Assembly (NCBI RefSeq): GCF_009914755.1
Contig: NC_060946.1
DNA: 64,000 nt
Source: the human T2T-CHM13v2.0 reference genome, Homo sapiens
Strand: one strand, 5' to 3'
The position numbers were made by a program, and so were the translations under genes. The number at the start of each line of letters is the position of its first letter. The stretch's first letter is position 1. Shown in pieces: positions 13,201-29,169 of the stretch. The notes below the pieces were generated by a model. That model made no database searches. It was given only the letters and a program-made list of their open reading frames with translations, and was not told the DNA's origin.

Positions 13201-16200
13201 TCAAAGTACCCAAACTATACATTATATACTGTACATAAAATATGAAATTACATCAAATATATTTTATATTAGGTACATGAAATATGAAAGTACATCAAAT
13301 ATAGATTATATACTGTACATTAAATACCAAAGTACCCCAAATATATATTTTATACTCTACATGAAATATCAAAGTTCACAAACTATATATTATATACTGT
13401 ACATAAAATATCAAAGTACCCAAGGTATATATTCTATACTGTACAAAAAATATCAAAGTACCCAAAGCATGTATTTTATACTGTACATAAAATATGAAAG
13501 TACATCAAATATATATTTAATTCTGTACATAAAATATCAAAGTACACCAGATATATATTCTATAGTGTACATAAAATATCAAAGTACCCAAACTATACAT
13601 TATATACTGTACATAAAATATGAAATTACATCAAATATATTTTATATTAGGTACATAAAATATGAAAGTACATCAAATATAGATTATATACTGTACATTA
13701 AATACCAAAGTACCCCAAATATATATTTTATACTGTACATGAAATATCAAAATACACTAACTATATATTATCTACTGTACATTAAATATCAAAGTACCCA
13801 AGGTATATATTCTATACTGTACAAAAAATAACAAAGTACCAAAAGCATGTATAATATACTGTACATAAAATATGAAAGTACATCAAATATATATTTTATT
13901 CTGTACATAAAATATCAAAGTACACCAGATATATATTCTATAGTGTACATAAAATATCAAAGTACCCAAACTATAAATTATATACTGTACATAAAATATG
14001 AAATTACATCAAATATATTTTATATTAGGTACATAAAATATGAAAGTACATCAAATATAGATTATATACTGTACATAAAATATCAATGTACCCCAAATAT
14101 ATATTTTATACTCTACATGAAATATCAAAGTTCACAAACCATATATTATATACTGTACATAAAATGTCAAAGTACCCAAGGTATATATTCTATACTGTAC
14201 AAATAATATCAAAGTACCCAAAGCATGTATTATATACTGTACATAAAATATGAAAGTACATCAAATATATATTTTATTCTGTACATAAAATATCAAAGTA
14301 CACCAGATATATAATCTATAGTGTACATAAAATATCAAAGTTCCCAAACTATACATTATATAATGTACATAAAATATGAAATTACATCAAATATATATTA
14401 GGTACATAAAATATGAAAGTACATCAAATATAGATTATATACTGTACATAAAATATCAAAGTACCCCAAATATATTTTAAATACTGTAATGAAATATCAA
14501 ATTTCACAAACTATATATTATATACTGTACATAAAATATCAAAGTACCCAAGGTATATATTCTATACTGTACAAAAAATATCAAAGTACCCAAAGCATGT
14601 ATTATATACTGTAGATAAAATATGAAAGTACATCAAATATGTATTTTATTCTGTACATAGAATATCAAAGTACACCAGATATATATTCTATAGTGTACAT
14701 AAAATAACAAAGAACACAAACTATACATTATATACTGTACATAAAATATGAAATTACATCAAATATATATTAGTTACATAAAATATGAAAGTACATCAAA
14801 TATAAATTATATACTGTACATAAAATATCAATGTACTCCAAATATATATTTTATACTCTACTTGAAATATCAGAGTTCACAAACCATATATTATATACTG
14901 TACATAAAATATCAAAGTACCCAAGGTATATATTCTATACTGTACAAAAAATGTCAAAGTACCCAAGGCATGTATTATATACTGTACATAAAATATGAAA
15001 GTACATCAATTATATATTTTATTCTGTACATAAAATATCAAAGTACACCAGATATATATTCTATAGTGTACATAAAATATCAAAGTACCCAAACAATACA
15101 TTATATACTGTACATAAAATATGAAATTACATCAAATATATATTATATTAGGTACATAAAATATGAAAGTACATCAAATATAGATTATATACTGTACATA
15201 AAATATCAAAGTACCCCAAATATATATTATATACTGTACATGAAATATCAAAGTTCACAAACCATATATTATATACTGTACATAAAATATCAAAGTACCC
15301 AAGGTATATATTCTATACTGTACAAGAAATATCAAAATACCAAAAGCATGTATTATATACTGTAGATAAAGTATGAAATTACATCAAATATATATATTAT
15401 TCTGTACATAAAATATCAAAGTACACCAGATATATATTCTATAGTGTACATAAAATATCAAATTACCCGAACTATACATTATATACTGTACATAAAATAA
15501 GAAATTACATCAAATATATATTAGGTACATAAAATATGAAAGTACATCAAATATACATTATATACTGTACGTAAAATATCAAAGTACCACAAATATATAT
15601 TATATACTGTACATGAAATATCAAAGTTCACAAACCGTATATTATATACTGTACATAAAATATCAAAGTACCCAAGGTATGTATTCTATACTGTACAAAA
15701 AATATCAAAGTACCCAAAGCATGTATTATATACTGTACGTAAAATATGAAAGTACATCAATTATATATTTTATTCTGTACATAAAATATCAAAGTACACC
15801 AGGTATATATTCTATAGTGTACATAAAATTACAAAGTACCCAAACGATACATTATATACTGTACATAAAATATGAAATTACATCAAATATATATTATATT
15901 AGGTACATAAATTATGAAAGTAGATCAAATATAGATTATATACTGTACATTAAATACCAAAGTACCCCAAATATATATTTTATACTGTACATGAAATATC
16001 AAAGTTCACAAACTATATATTATATACTGTACATAAAATATCAAAGTACCCAAGGTATATATTCTATACTGTACAAAAAATATCAAAGTACCAAAAGCAT
16101 GTATAATATACTGTACATAAAATATGAATGTACATCAAATATATATTTTATTCTGTACATAAAATATGAAAGTACACCAGATATATATTCTATAGTGTAC

Positions 16201-19050
16201 ATAAAATATCAAAGTACCCAAACTATACATTATATACTGTACATAAAATATGAAATTACATCAAATATATATTATATTAGGTACATAAAACATGAAAGTA
16301 CATCAAATATAGATTATACACTGTACATTAAATATCAAAGTACGCCAAATATATATTATATACTGTACATGAAATATCAAAGTTCACAAACTATATATTA
16401 TATACTGTACATAAAATATCAAAGTACCCAAGGTATATATTCTATACTGTACAAAAAGTATCAAAGTACCCAAAGCATGTATTATATACTGTATATAAAA
16501 TATGAATGTACATCAAATATATATTTTATTCTGTACAGAAAATATCAAAGTACACCAGATATATATTCTATAGTGTACATAAAATAACAAAATACACAAA
16601 CTATAAATTATATACTGTACATAAAATATGAAATTACATCAAATATATATTAGGTACATAAAATATGAAAGTACATCAAATATAGATTCTATACTGTACA
16701 TATAATATCAATGTACCCTAAATATATATTTTATACTCTACATGAAATATCAAAGTTCACAAACCATATATTATATACTGTACATAAAATGTCAAAGTAC
16801 CCAAGGTATATATTCTATACTGTACAAATAATATCAAAGTACCAAAAGCATGTATTATATACTGTACATAAAATATGAAATTACATCAAATATATATTTT
16901 ATTCTGTACATAAAATATCAAAGTACACCAGATATATAATCTATAGTGTACATAAAATATCAAAGTTCACAAACTATACATTATATAATGTACATAAAAT
17001 ATGAAATTACATCAAATATATATTAGGTACATAAAATATGAAAGTACATCAAATATAGATTATATACTGTACATAAAATATCAAAGTACCCCAAATATAT
17101 TTTATATACTGTAATGAAATATCAAATTTCACAAACTATATATTATATACTGTACATAAAATATCAAAGTACCCAAGGTATATATTCTATACTGTACAAA
17201 AAATATCAAAGTACCCAAACCATGTATTATATACTGTAGATAAAATATGAAAGTACATCAAATATGTATTTTATTCTGTACATAGAATATCAAAGTACAC
17301 CAGATATATATTCTATAGTGTACATAAAATAACAAAGTACACAAACTATACATTATATACTGTACATAAGATATGAAATTACATCAAATATATATTAGGT
17401 ACATAAAATATGAAAGTACATCAAATATAGATTATATACTGTACATAAAATATCAATGTACCCCAAATATATATTTTATACTCTACTTGAAATATCAGAG
17501 TTCACAAACCATATATTATATACTGTACATAAAATATCAAAGTACCCAAGGTATATATTCTATACTGTACAAAAAATGTCAAAGTACCCAAGGCATGTAT
17601 TATATACTGTACATAAAATATGAAAGTACATCAATTATATATTTTATTCTGTACATAAAATATCAAAGTACACCAGATATATATTCTATAGTGTACATAA
17701 AATATCAAAGTACCCAAACTATACATTATATACTGTACATAAAATATGAAATTACATCAAATATATATTATATTAAGTACATAAAATATGAAAGTACATC
17801 AAATATAGATTATATACTGTACATTAAATACCAAAGTACCCCAAATATATATTTTATACTGTACATGAAATATCAAAGTTCACAAACCATATATTATATA
17901 CTGTACATAAAATATCAAAGTACCCAAGGTATATATTAGATACTGTACAAAAAATATCAAAGTACCCAAAGCATGTATTATATACTGAACATAAAATATG
18001 AAATTACATCTAATATATATTTTATTCTGTACATAAAATATCAAAGTACACCAGATATATATTCTATAGTGTACATAAAATATCAAAGTACCCAAACTAC
18101 AAATTTTATACTCTACATAAAATATGAAATTACATCAAATATATATTAGGTACATAAAATATGAAAGTACATCAAATATACATTATATACTGTACGTAAA
18201 ATATCAAAGTACCACAAATATATATTATATACTGTACATGAAATATCAAAGTTCACAAACCATATATTATATACTGTACATAAAATATCAAAGTACCCAA
18301 GGTATGTATTCTGTACTGTACAAAAAATATCAAAGTACCCAAAGCATGTATTATATACTGTACGTAAAATATGAAAGTACATCAATTATATATTTTATTC
18401 TGTTCATAAAATATCAAAGTACACCAGGTATATATTCTATAGTGTACATAAAATAACAAAGTACCCAAATGATACATTATATACTGTACATAAAATATGA
18501 AATTACATCAAATATATATTATATTAGGTACATAAATTATGAAAGTAGATCAAATATAGATTATATACTGTACATTAAATACCAAAGTACCCCAAATATA
18601 TATTTTATACTGTACATGAAATATCAAAGTTCACAAACTATATATTATATACTGTACATAAAATATCAAAGTACCCAAGGTATATATTCTATACTGTACA
18701 AAAAATATCAAAGTACCAAAAGCATGTATTATATACTGTACATAAAATATGAATGTACATCAAATATATATTTTATTCTGTACATAAAATATGAAAGTAC
18801 ACCAGATATATATTCTATAGTGTACATAAAATGTCAAAGTACCCAAACTATACATTATATACTGTACATAAAATATGAAATTACATCAAATATATATTAT
18901 ATTAGGTACATAAAATATGAAAGTACATCAAATATAGATTATACACTGTACATTAAATATCAAAGTACGCCAAATATATATTATATACTGTACATGAAAT
19001 ATCAAAGTTCACAAACTATATATTATATACTGTACATAAAATATCAAAGT
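7300..19050. repeat. 2625-bp (7-unit) periodicity nested in the 6378-bp duplication
   Basis: ORF ends 7584/10209 and starts 8370/10995 and 14748/17373 are offset 2625; 9121/18124 is offset 9003 (6378+2625). The 1-bp deletion CTGTAATGAA occurs at about 8106, 10731, 14484 and 17109. GTACGCC occurs at about 7337, 9962, 16340 and 18965. Confidence 0.85.
7710..18140. repeat. Segmental duplication within the array, offset 6378 bp (17 units); about 7710-11760 copied at about 14090-18140
   Basis: Near-identical ORF pairs 8370/14748 and 10995/17373 and ORF ends 10209/16587 are all offset 6378. Shared private variants include ATTAGTTAC, GTAGATAAAGTATG, AGTAGATC and ATTAGATAC. 6378 = 17x378 - 9x5 - 3x1. 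Confidence 0.9.
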
Positions 19051-19544
19051 ACCCAAGGTATATATTCTATACTGTACAAAAAATATCAAAGTACGCAAAG
19101 CATGTATTATATACTGTACATAAAATATGAAAGTACATCAAATATATATTTTATTCTGTACATAAAATATCAAAGTACACCAGATATATATTTTATAGTG
19201 TACATAAAATATCAAAGTACCCAAACTATACATTATATACTGTACATAAAATATTAAATTACATCAAATATATATTATATTAGGTACGTAAAATATGAAA
19301 GTACATCCAATATAGATTATATACTGTACATAAAATATCAAAGTACCCCAAATATATTTTATATACTGTACATGAAATATCAAAGTTCACAAACCATATA
19401 TTATATACTGTAGATAAAATATCAAAGTACACAACGTATATATTCTATACTGTACAAAAAATATCAAAGTACCCAAAGCATGTATTATACACTGTACATA
19501 AAATATGAAAGTACATCAAATATATATTTTATTCTGTACATAAA

Positions 19545-22500
19545 ATATCAAAGTACCCCAAATATATATTATATACTCTACAGGAAATATCAAAGTTCAC
19601 ACACTATATATTATATACTGTACATAAAATATCAAAATACCCAAGGTATATATTCTATACTGTACAAAAAATATCAAAGTACCCAAAGAATGTATTATAT
19701 ACTGTATGTAAAATATGAAAGTACATCAAATATATATTTTATTCTGTACATAAAATATCAAAGTACACCAGATATATATTCTATAGTGTACATAAAATAA
19801 CAAAGTACACAAACTATAAATTATATACTGTACATAAAATATGAAATTACATCAAATATATATTAGGTACATAAAATATGAAAGTACATCAAATATAGAT
19901 TATATACTGTACATAAAATATCAAAGTACCCCAAATATGTATTATATACTGTACATGAAATATCAAAGTTCACACACTATATATTATATACTGTACATAA
20001 AATATCAAAGTACCCAAGGTATATATTCTATACTGTACAAAAAATATCAAAGTACCCAAAGCACGTATTATATACTGTACATAAAATATGAAAGTACATC
20101 AAATATATATTTTATTCTGTACATACAATATCAAAGTACACCAGATATATATTCTATAGTGTACATAAAATAACAAAGTACACAAACTATAAATTATATA
20201 CTGTACATAAAATATGAAATTACATCAAATATATATTAGGTACATAAAATATGAAAGTACATCAAATATAGATTATATACTGTACATAAAATATCAAAGT
20301 ACCCCAAATATATATTATATACTGTACATGAAATATCAAAGTTCACAAACTATATATTATATACTGTACATAAAATATCAAAGTACCCAAGGTATATATT
20401 CTATACTATACAAAAAATATCAAAGTACTCAAAGCACGTATTATATACTGTACATAAAATATGAAAGTACATCAAATATAGATTTTATTCTGTACATAAA
20501 ATATCAAAGTACACCAGATATATATTCTATAGTGTACATAAAATATCAAAGTACCCAAACTATACATTATATACTGTACATAAAATATGAAATTACATCA
20601 AATTTATATTAGGTACATAAAATATGAAAGTACATCAAATATAGATTATATTCTGTACATAAAATATCAAAGTACCCCAAATCTATATTTTATACTGTAC
20701 ATGAAATATCAAAGTTCACAAACTATATATTATATACTGTACATATAATACCAAAGTACCCAAGGTATATATTCTATACTGTACAAAAAATAACAAAGTA
20801 CCAAAAGCATGTATTATATACTGTACCTAAAATATGAAAGTACATCAAATATATATTTTATTCTGTACATAAAATATCAAAGTACACCAGATATATATTC
20901 TATAGTGTACATAAAATATCAAAGTACCCAAACTATACATTATATACTGTACATAAAATATGAAATTACATCAAATATATTTTATATTAGGTACATAAAA
21001 TATGAAAGTACATCAAATATAGATTATATACTGTATATAAAATATCAAAGTACCCCAAATATATATTTTATACTCTACATGAAATATCAAAGTTCACAAA
21101 CCATATATTATATACTGTACATAAAATATCAAAGTACCCAAGGTATATATTCTATACTGTACAAAAAATATCAAAGTACCCAAAGCATGTATTATATACT
21201 GTACATAAAATATGAAAGTACACCAAATATATATTTTATTCTGTACATAAAATATCAAAGTACACCAGATATATATTCTATAGTGTACATAAAATATCAA
21301 AGTACGCAATCTATACATTATATACTGTACATAAAATATGAAATTACATCAAATATATACTAGATACATAAAATATGAAAGTACATCAAATATAGATTAT
21401 ATACTGTACATAAAATATCAATGTACAACAAATATATATTTTATACTCTACATGAAATATCAAAGTTCACAAACTATATATTATATAATGTACATAAAAT
21501 ATGAAAGTACCCAAGGTATATATTGTATACTGTACAAAAAATATCAAAGTACCCAAAGCATGTATTATATACTGTACATAAAATATGAAAGTACATCAAA
21601 TATATATTATATTCTGTACATAATATAACAAAGTACACCAGATATATATTCTATAGTGTACATAAAATATCAAAGTACCCAAACTATACATTATATACTG
21701 TACATAAAATATGAAATTACATCAAATATATATTATATTAGGTACATAAAATATGAAAGTATATCAAATATAGATTATATACTGTATATTAAATACCAAA
21801 GTATCCCAAATATATATTTTATACTGTACATGAAATATCAAAGTTCACAAACTATATATTATATACTGTACATAAAATATCAAAGTACCCAAGGTATATG
21901 TTCTATACTGTACAAAAAATATCAAAGTACCCAAAGCATGTATTATAAACTGTACCTAAAATATGAAATTACATCAAATATATATTTTATTCTGTACATA
22001 AAATATCAAAGTACACCAGATATATATTCTATAGTGTACATAAAATATCAAAGTACCCAAACTATACATAATATACTGTACATAAAATATGAAATTACAT
22101 CAAATATATATTATATTAGGTACATAAAATATGAAAGTACATCAAATATAGAATATATACTGTACATAAAATATCAAAGTACCCCAAATATATATTATAT
22201 ACTCTACAGGAAATATCAAAGTTCACACACTATATATTATATACTGTACATAAAATATCAAAATACCCAAGGTATATATTCTATACTGTACAAAAAATAT
22301 CAAAGTACCCAAAGCATGTATTATATACTGTATGTAAAATATGAAAGTACATCAAATATATATTTTATTCTGTACATAAAATATCAATGTACACCAGATA
22401 TATATTCTATAGTGTACATAAAATAACAAAGTACACAAACTATAAATTATATACTGTACATAAAATATGAAATTACATCAAATATATATTAGGTACATAA

Positions 22501-25500
22501 AATATGAAAGTACTTCAAATATAGATTATATACTGTACATAAATTATCAATGTACCCCAAATATATATTTTATACTCTACATGAAATATCAAAGTTCACA
22601 AACCATATGTTATATACTGTACATAAAATATCAAAGTACCCAAGGTATATATTCTATACTGTACAAAAAATATCAAAGTACCCAAAGCATGTATTATATA
22701 CTGTACATAAAATATGAAAGTACACCAAATATATATTTTATTCTGTACATAAAATATCAAAGTACACCAGATATATATTCTATAGTGTACATAAAATATC
22801 AAAGTACCCAAACTATACATTATATACTGTACATAAAATATGAAATTACATCAAATATATATTAGGTACATAAAATATGAAAGTACATCAAATATAGATT
22901 ATATACTGTACATAAAATATCAATGTACAACAAATATATATTTTATACTCTACATGAAATATCAAAGTTCATAAACTATATATTATATAATGTACATAAA
23001 ATATCAAAGTACCCAAGGTATATATTGTATACTGTACAAAAAATATCAAAGTACCCAAAGCATGTATTATATACTGTACATAAAATATGAAAGTACATCA
23101 AATGTATATTTTACTCTGTACGTAAAATATCAAAGTACACCAGATATATATTCTATAGTGTACATAAAATATCAAAGAAACCAAACTATACATTATATAC
23201 TGTACATAAAATATGAAATTACATCAAATATATATTATATTAGGTACATAAAATATGAAAGTACATCAAATATAGATTATATACTGTACATTAAATACCA
23301 AAGTACCCCAAATCTATATTTTATACTGTACATGAAATATCAAAGTTCACAAACTATATATTATATACTGTACATATAATATCAAAGTACCCAAGGTATA
23401 TATTCTATACTGTACAAAAAATAACAAAGTACCAAAAGCATGTATTATATACTGTACCTAAAATATGAAAGTACATCAAATATATATTTTATTCTGTACA
23501 TAAAATATCAAAGTACACCAGCTATATATTCTATAGTGTACATAAAATATCAAAGTACCCAAACTATACATAATATACTGTACATAAAATATGAAATTAC
23601 ATCAAATATATATTATATTAGGTACATAAAATATGAAAGTACATCAAATATAGATTATATACTGTACATAAAATATCAAAGTACCCCAAATATATATTAT
23701 ATACTCTACAGGAAATATCAAAGTTCACACACTATATATTATATACTGTACATAAAATATCAAAATACCCAAGGTATATATTCTATACTGTACAAAAAAT
23801 ATCAAAGTACCCAAAGAATGTATTATATACTGTATGTAAAATATGAAAGTACATCAAATATATATTTTATTCTGTACATAAAATATCAAAGTACACCAGA
23901 TATATATTCTATAGTGTACATAAAATAACAAAGTACACAAACTATAAATTATATACTGTACATAAAATATGAAATTACATCAAATATATATTAGGTACAT
24001 AAAATATGAAAGTACATCAAATATAGATTATATACTGTACATAAAATATCAAAGTACCCCAAATATGTATTATATACTGTACATGAAATATCAAAGTTCA
24101 CACACTATATATTATATACTGTACATAAAATATCAAAGTACCCAAGGTATATATTCTATACTGTACAAAAAATATCAAAGTACCCAAAGCACGTATTATA
24201 TACTGTACATAAAATATGAAAGTACATCAAATATATATTTTATTCTGTACATAAAATATCAAAGTACACCAGATATATATTCTATAGTGTACATAAAATA
24301 ACAAAGTACACAAACTATAAATTATATACTGTACATAAAATATGAAATTACATCAAATATATATTAGGTACATAAAATATGAAAGTACATCAAATATAGA
24401 TTATATACTGTACATAAAATATCAAAGTACCCCAAATATATATTATATACTGTACATGAAATATCAAAGTTCACAAACTATATATTATATACTGTACATA
24501 AAATATCAAAGTACCCAAGGTATATATTCTATACTGTACAAAAAATATCAAAGTACTCAAAGCACGTATTATATACTGTACATAAAATATGAAAGTACAT
24601 CAAATATAGATTTTATTCTGTACATAAAATATCAAAGTACACCAGATATATATTCTATAGTGTACATAAAATATCAAAGTACCCAAACTATACATTATAT
24701 ACTGTACATAAAATATGAAATTACATCAAATTTATATTAGGTACATAAAATATGAAAGTACATCAAATATAGATTATATTCTGTACATAAAATATCAAAG
24801 TACCCCAAATCTATATTTTATACTGTACATGAAATATCAAAGTTCACAAACTATATATTATATACTGTACATATAATACCAAAGTACCCAAGGTATATAT
24901 TCTATACTGTACAAAAAATAACAAAGTACCAAAAGCATGTATTATATACTGTACCTAAAATATGAAAGTACATCAAATATATATTTTATTCTGTACATAA
25001 AATATCAAAGTACACCAGATATATATTCTATAGTGTACATAAAATATCAAAGTACCCAAACTATACATTATATACTGTACATAAAATATGAAATTACATC
25101 AAATATATATTATATTAGGTACATAAAATATGAAAGTACATCAAATATAGATTATATACTGTATATAAAATATCAAAGTACCCCAAATATATATTTTATA
25201 CTCTACATGAAATATCAAAGTTCACAAACCATATATTATATACTGTACATAAAATATCAAAGTACCCAAGGTATATATTCTATACTGTACAAAAAATATC
25301 AAAGTACCCAAAGCATGTATTATATACTGTACATAAAATATGAAAGTACACCAAATATATATTTTATTCTGTACATAAAATATCAAAGTACACCAGATAT
25401 ATATTCTATAGTGTACATAAAATATCAAAGTACCCAATCTATACATTATATACTGTACATAAAATATGAAATTACATCAAATATATACTAGATACATAAA

Positions 25501-26080
25501 ATATGAAAGTACATCAAATATAGATTATATACTGTACATAAAATATCAATGTACAACAAATATATATTTTATACTCTACATGAAATATCAAAGTTCACAA
25601 ACTATATATTATATAATGTACATAAAATATCAAAGTACCCAAGGTATATATTGTATACTGTACAAAAAATATCAAAGTACCCAAAGCATGTATTATATAC
25701 TGTACATAAAATATGAAAGTACATCAAATATATATTATATTCTGTACATAATATAACAAAGTACACCAGATATATATTCTATAGTGTACATAAAATATCA
25801 AAGTACCCAAACTATACATTATATACTGTACATAAAATATGAAATTACATCAAATATATATTATATTAGGTACATAAAATATGAAAGTATATCAAATATA
25901 GATTATATACTGTATATTAAATACCAAAGTATCCCAAATATATATTTTATACTGTACATGAAATATCAAAGTTCACAAACTATATATTATATACTGTACA
26001 TAAAATATCAAAGTACCCAAGGTATATATTCTATACTGTACAAAAAATATCAAAGTACCCAAAGCATGTATTATAAACTG
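19545..26080. repeat. Duplication with 4128-bp offset (11 units); about 19545-21950 copied at about 23673-26080
   Basis: ORF pairs 19841/23969, 20214/24342, 20809/24937, 21338/25466 and 21656/25784 are all offset 4128 = 11x378 - 6x5. Shared variants include AAAGAATG, AGCACG, ATACTAGATAC and AGTATCCC. Confidence 0.92.
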
Positions 26081-29000
26081 TACATAAAATATGAAAGTAC
26101 ATCAAATATATATTTTATTCTGTACATAAAATATCAAAGTACACCAGATATATATTCCATAGTGTACATAAAATATCAAAGTACCCAAACTATACATTAT
26201 ATACTGTACATAAAATATGAAATTACATCAAATATATATTATATTAGGTTCATAAAATATGAAAGTACATCAAATATAGATTATATACTGTACATTAAAT
26301 ACCAAAGTACCCCAAATATATATTTTATACTGTACATGAAATATCAAAGTTCACACACTATATATTATATACTGTACATAAAATATCAAAGTACCCAAGG
26401 CATATATTCTATACTGTACAAAAAATATCAAAGTACCCAAAGCGTGTATTATAAACTGTACATAAAATATGAAAGTACATCAAATATATATTTTATTCTG
26501 TACATAAAATATCAAAGTACACCAGATATATATTCTATAGTGTATATAAAATATCAAAGTACCCAAACTATACATTATATACTGTACATAAAATATGAAA
26601 TTACATCAAATATATATTATATTAGGTACATACAATATGAAAGTACATCAAATATAGATTATATACTGTACATTAAATACCCAAGTACCCCAAATATATA
26701 TTTTATACTGTACATGAAATATCAAATTTCACAAACTATATATTATATACTGTACATAAAATATCAAAGTACCCAAGGTATATATTCTATACTGTACAAA
26801 AAATATCAAAGTACCCAAAGCATGTATTATAAACTGTACATAAAATATGAAATTACATCAAATATATATTTTATTCTGTACATAAAATATCAAAGTACAC
26901 CAGATATATATTCTATAGTGTACATAAAATAACAAAGTACACAAACTATAAATTATATACTGTACATAAAATATGAAATTACATCAAATATATATTAGGT
27001 ACATAAAATATGAAAGTACATCAAATATAGATTATATACTGTACATAAAATATCAATGTACCCCAAATATATATTATATATTCTACAGGAAATATCAAAG
27101 TTCACAAACCATATATTATATACTGTACAAAAAATATCAAAGTACCCAAGGTATATATTCTATACTGTACAAAAAATATCAAAGTACCCAAAGCATGTAT
27201 TATATACTGTATATAAAATATGAAAGTACATCAAATATATATTTTATTCTGTACATAAAATATCAAAGTACACCAGATATATATTCTATAGTGTACATAA
27301 AATAACAAAGTACACAAACTATAAATTATATACTGTACATAAAATATGAAATTACATCAAATATATATTAGGTACATAAAATATGAAAGTACATCAAATA
27401 TAGATTATATACTGTACATAAAATATCAAAGTAACCCAAATATATATTATATACTGTACATGAAATATCAAAGTTCACAAACTATATATTATATACTGTA
27501 CATAAAATATCAAAGTACCCCAGGTATATATTCTATACTATACATAAAATATGAAAGAACATCAAATATATATTTTATTCTGTACATAAAATATCAAAGT
27601 ACACCAGATATATATTCTATAGTGTACAAAAAATATCAAAGTACCCAAACTATACATTATATACTGTACATAAAATATGAAATTACATCAAATATATATT
27701 AGGTACATACAATATGAAAGTACATCAAATATAGATTATATACTGTACATAAAATATCAAAGTACCCCAAATATATATTATATACTGTATATGAAATATC
27801 AAAGTTCACAAACTATATATTATATACTGTACATAAAATATCAAAGTACCCAAGGTATATATTCTATACTGTACAAAAAATATCAAAGTACCCAAAGCAT
27901 GTATTATATACTGTACATAAAATATGAAAGTACATCAAATATATATTTTATTCTGTACATAAAATATCAAAGTACACCAGATATATATTCTATAGTGTAC
28001 ATAAAACATCAAAGAACCCAAACTATACATTATATACTGTACATAAAATATGAAATTACATCAAATATATATTATATTAGGTACATAAAATATGAAAGTA
28101 CATCAAATATAGATTATATACTGTACATTAAATACCAAAGTACCCCAAATATATATTTTATACTGTACATGAAATATCAAAGTTCACAAACTATATATTA
28201 TATACTGTACATATAATATCAAAGTACCCAAGGTATATATTCTATACTGTACAAAAAATAACAAAGTACCAAAAGCATGTATTATATACTGTACCTAAAA
28301 TATGAAAGTACATCAAATATATATTTTATTCTGTACATTAAATATCAAAGTACACCAGATATATATTCTATAGTGTACATAAAATAACAAAGTACCCAAA
28401 CTATAAATTATATACTGTACATAAAATATGAAATTACATCAAATATATATTAGGTACATAAAATATGAAAGTACATCAAATATAGATTATATACTGTACA
28501 TAAAATATCAAAGTAACCCAAATATATATTATATACTCTACATGAAATATCAAAGTTCACAAACTATATATTATATACTGTACATAAAATATCAAAGTAC
28601 CCAAGGTATATATTCTATACTGTACAAAAAATATCAAAGTACCCAAAGCATGTATTATATACTGTATATAAAATATGAAAATACATTAAATATATATTTT
28701 ATTCTGTACATAAAATATCAAAGTACACCAGATATATATTCTATAGTGTACATAAAATAACAAAGTACACAAACTATAAATTATATACTGTACGTAAAAT
28801 ATGAAATTACATCAAATATATATTAGGTACATAAAATATGAAAGTACATCAAATATAGGTTATATATGTACATATAATATCAGTGTACCCCAAATATATA
28901 TTTTCTACTCTACATGAAATATCAAAGTTCACAAACCATACATTATATACTGTACATAAAATATCAAAGTACCCAAGGTATATATTCTATACTGTACAAA

Positions 29001-29169
29001 AAATATCAAAGTACCCAAAGCACGTATTATTTACTGTACATAAAATATGAAAGTACATAAAATATATATTTTATTCTGTACATAAAATATCAAAGTACAC
29101 CAGATATATATTCTATAGTGTACATAAAATATCAAAGTACCCAAACTATACATTATATACTGTACATAA

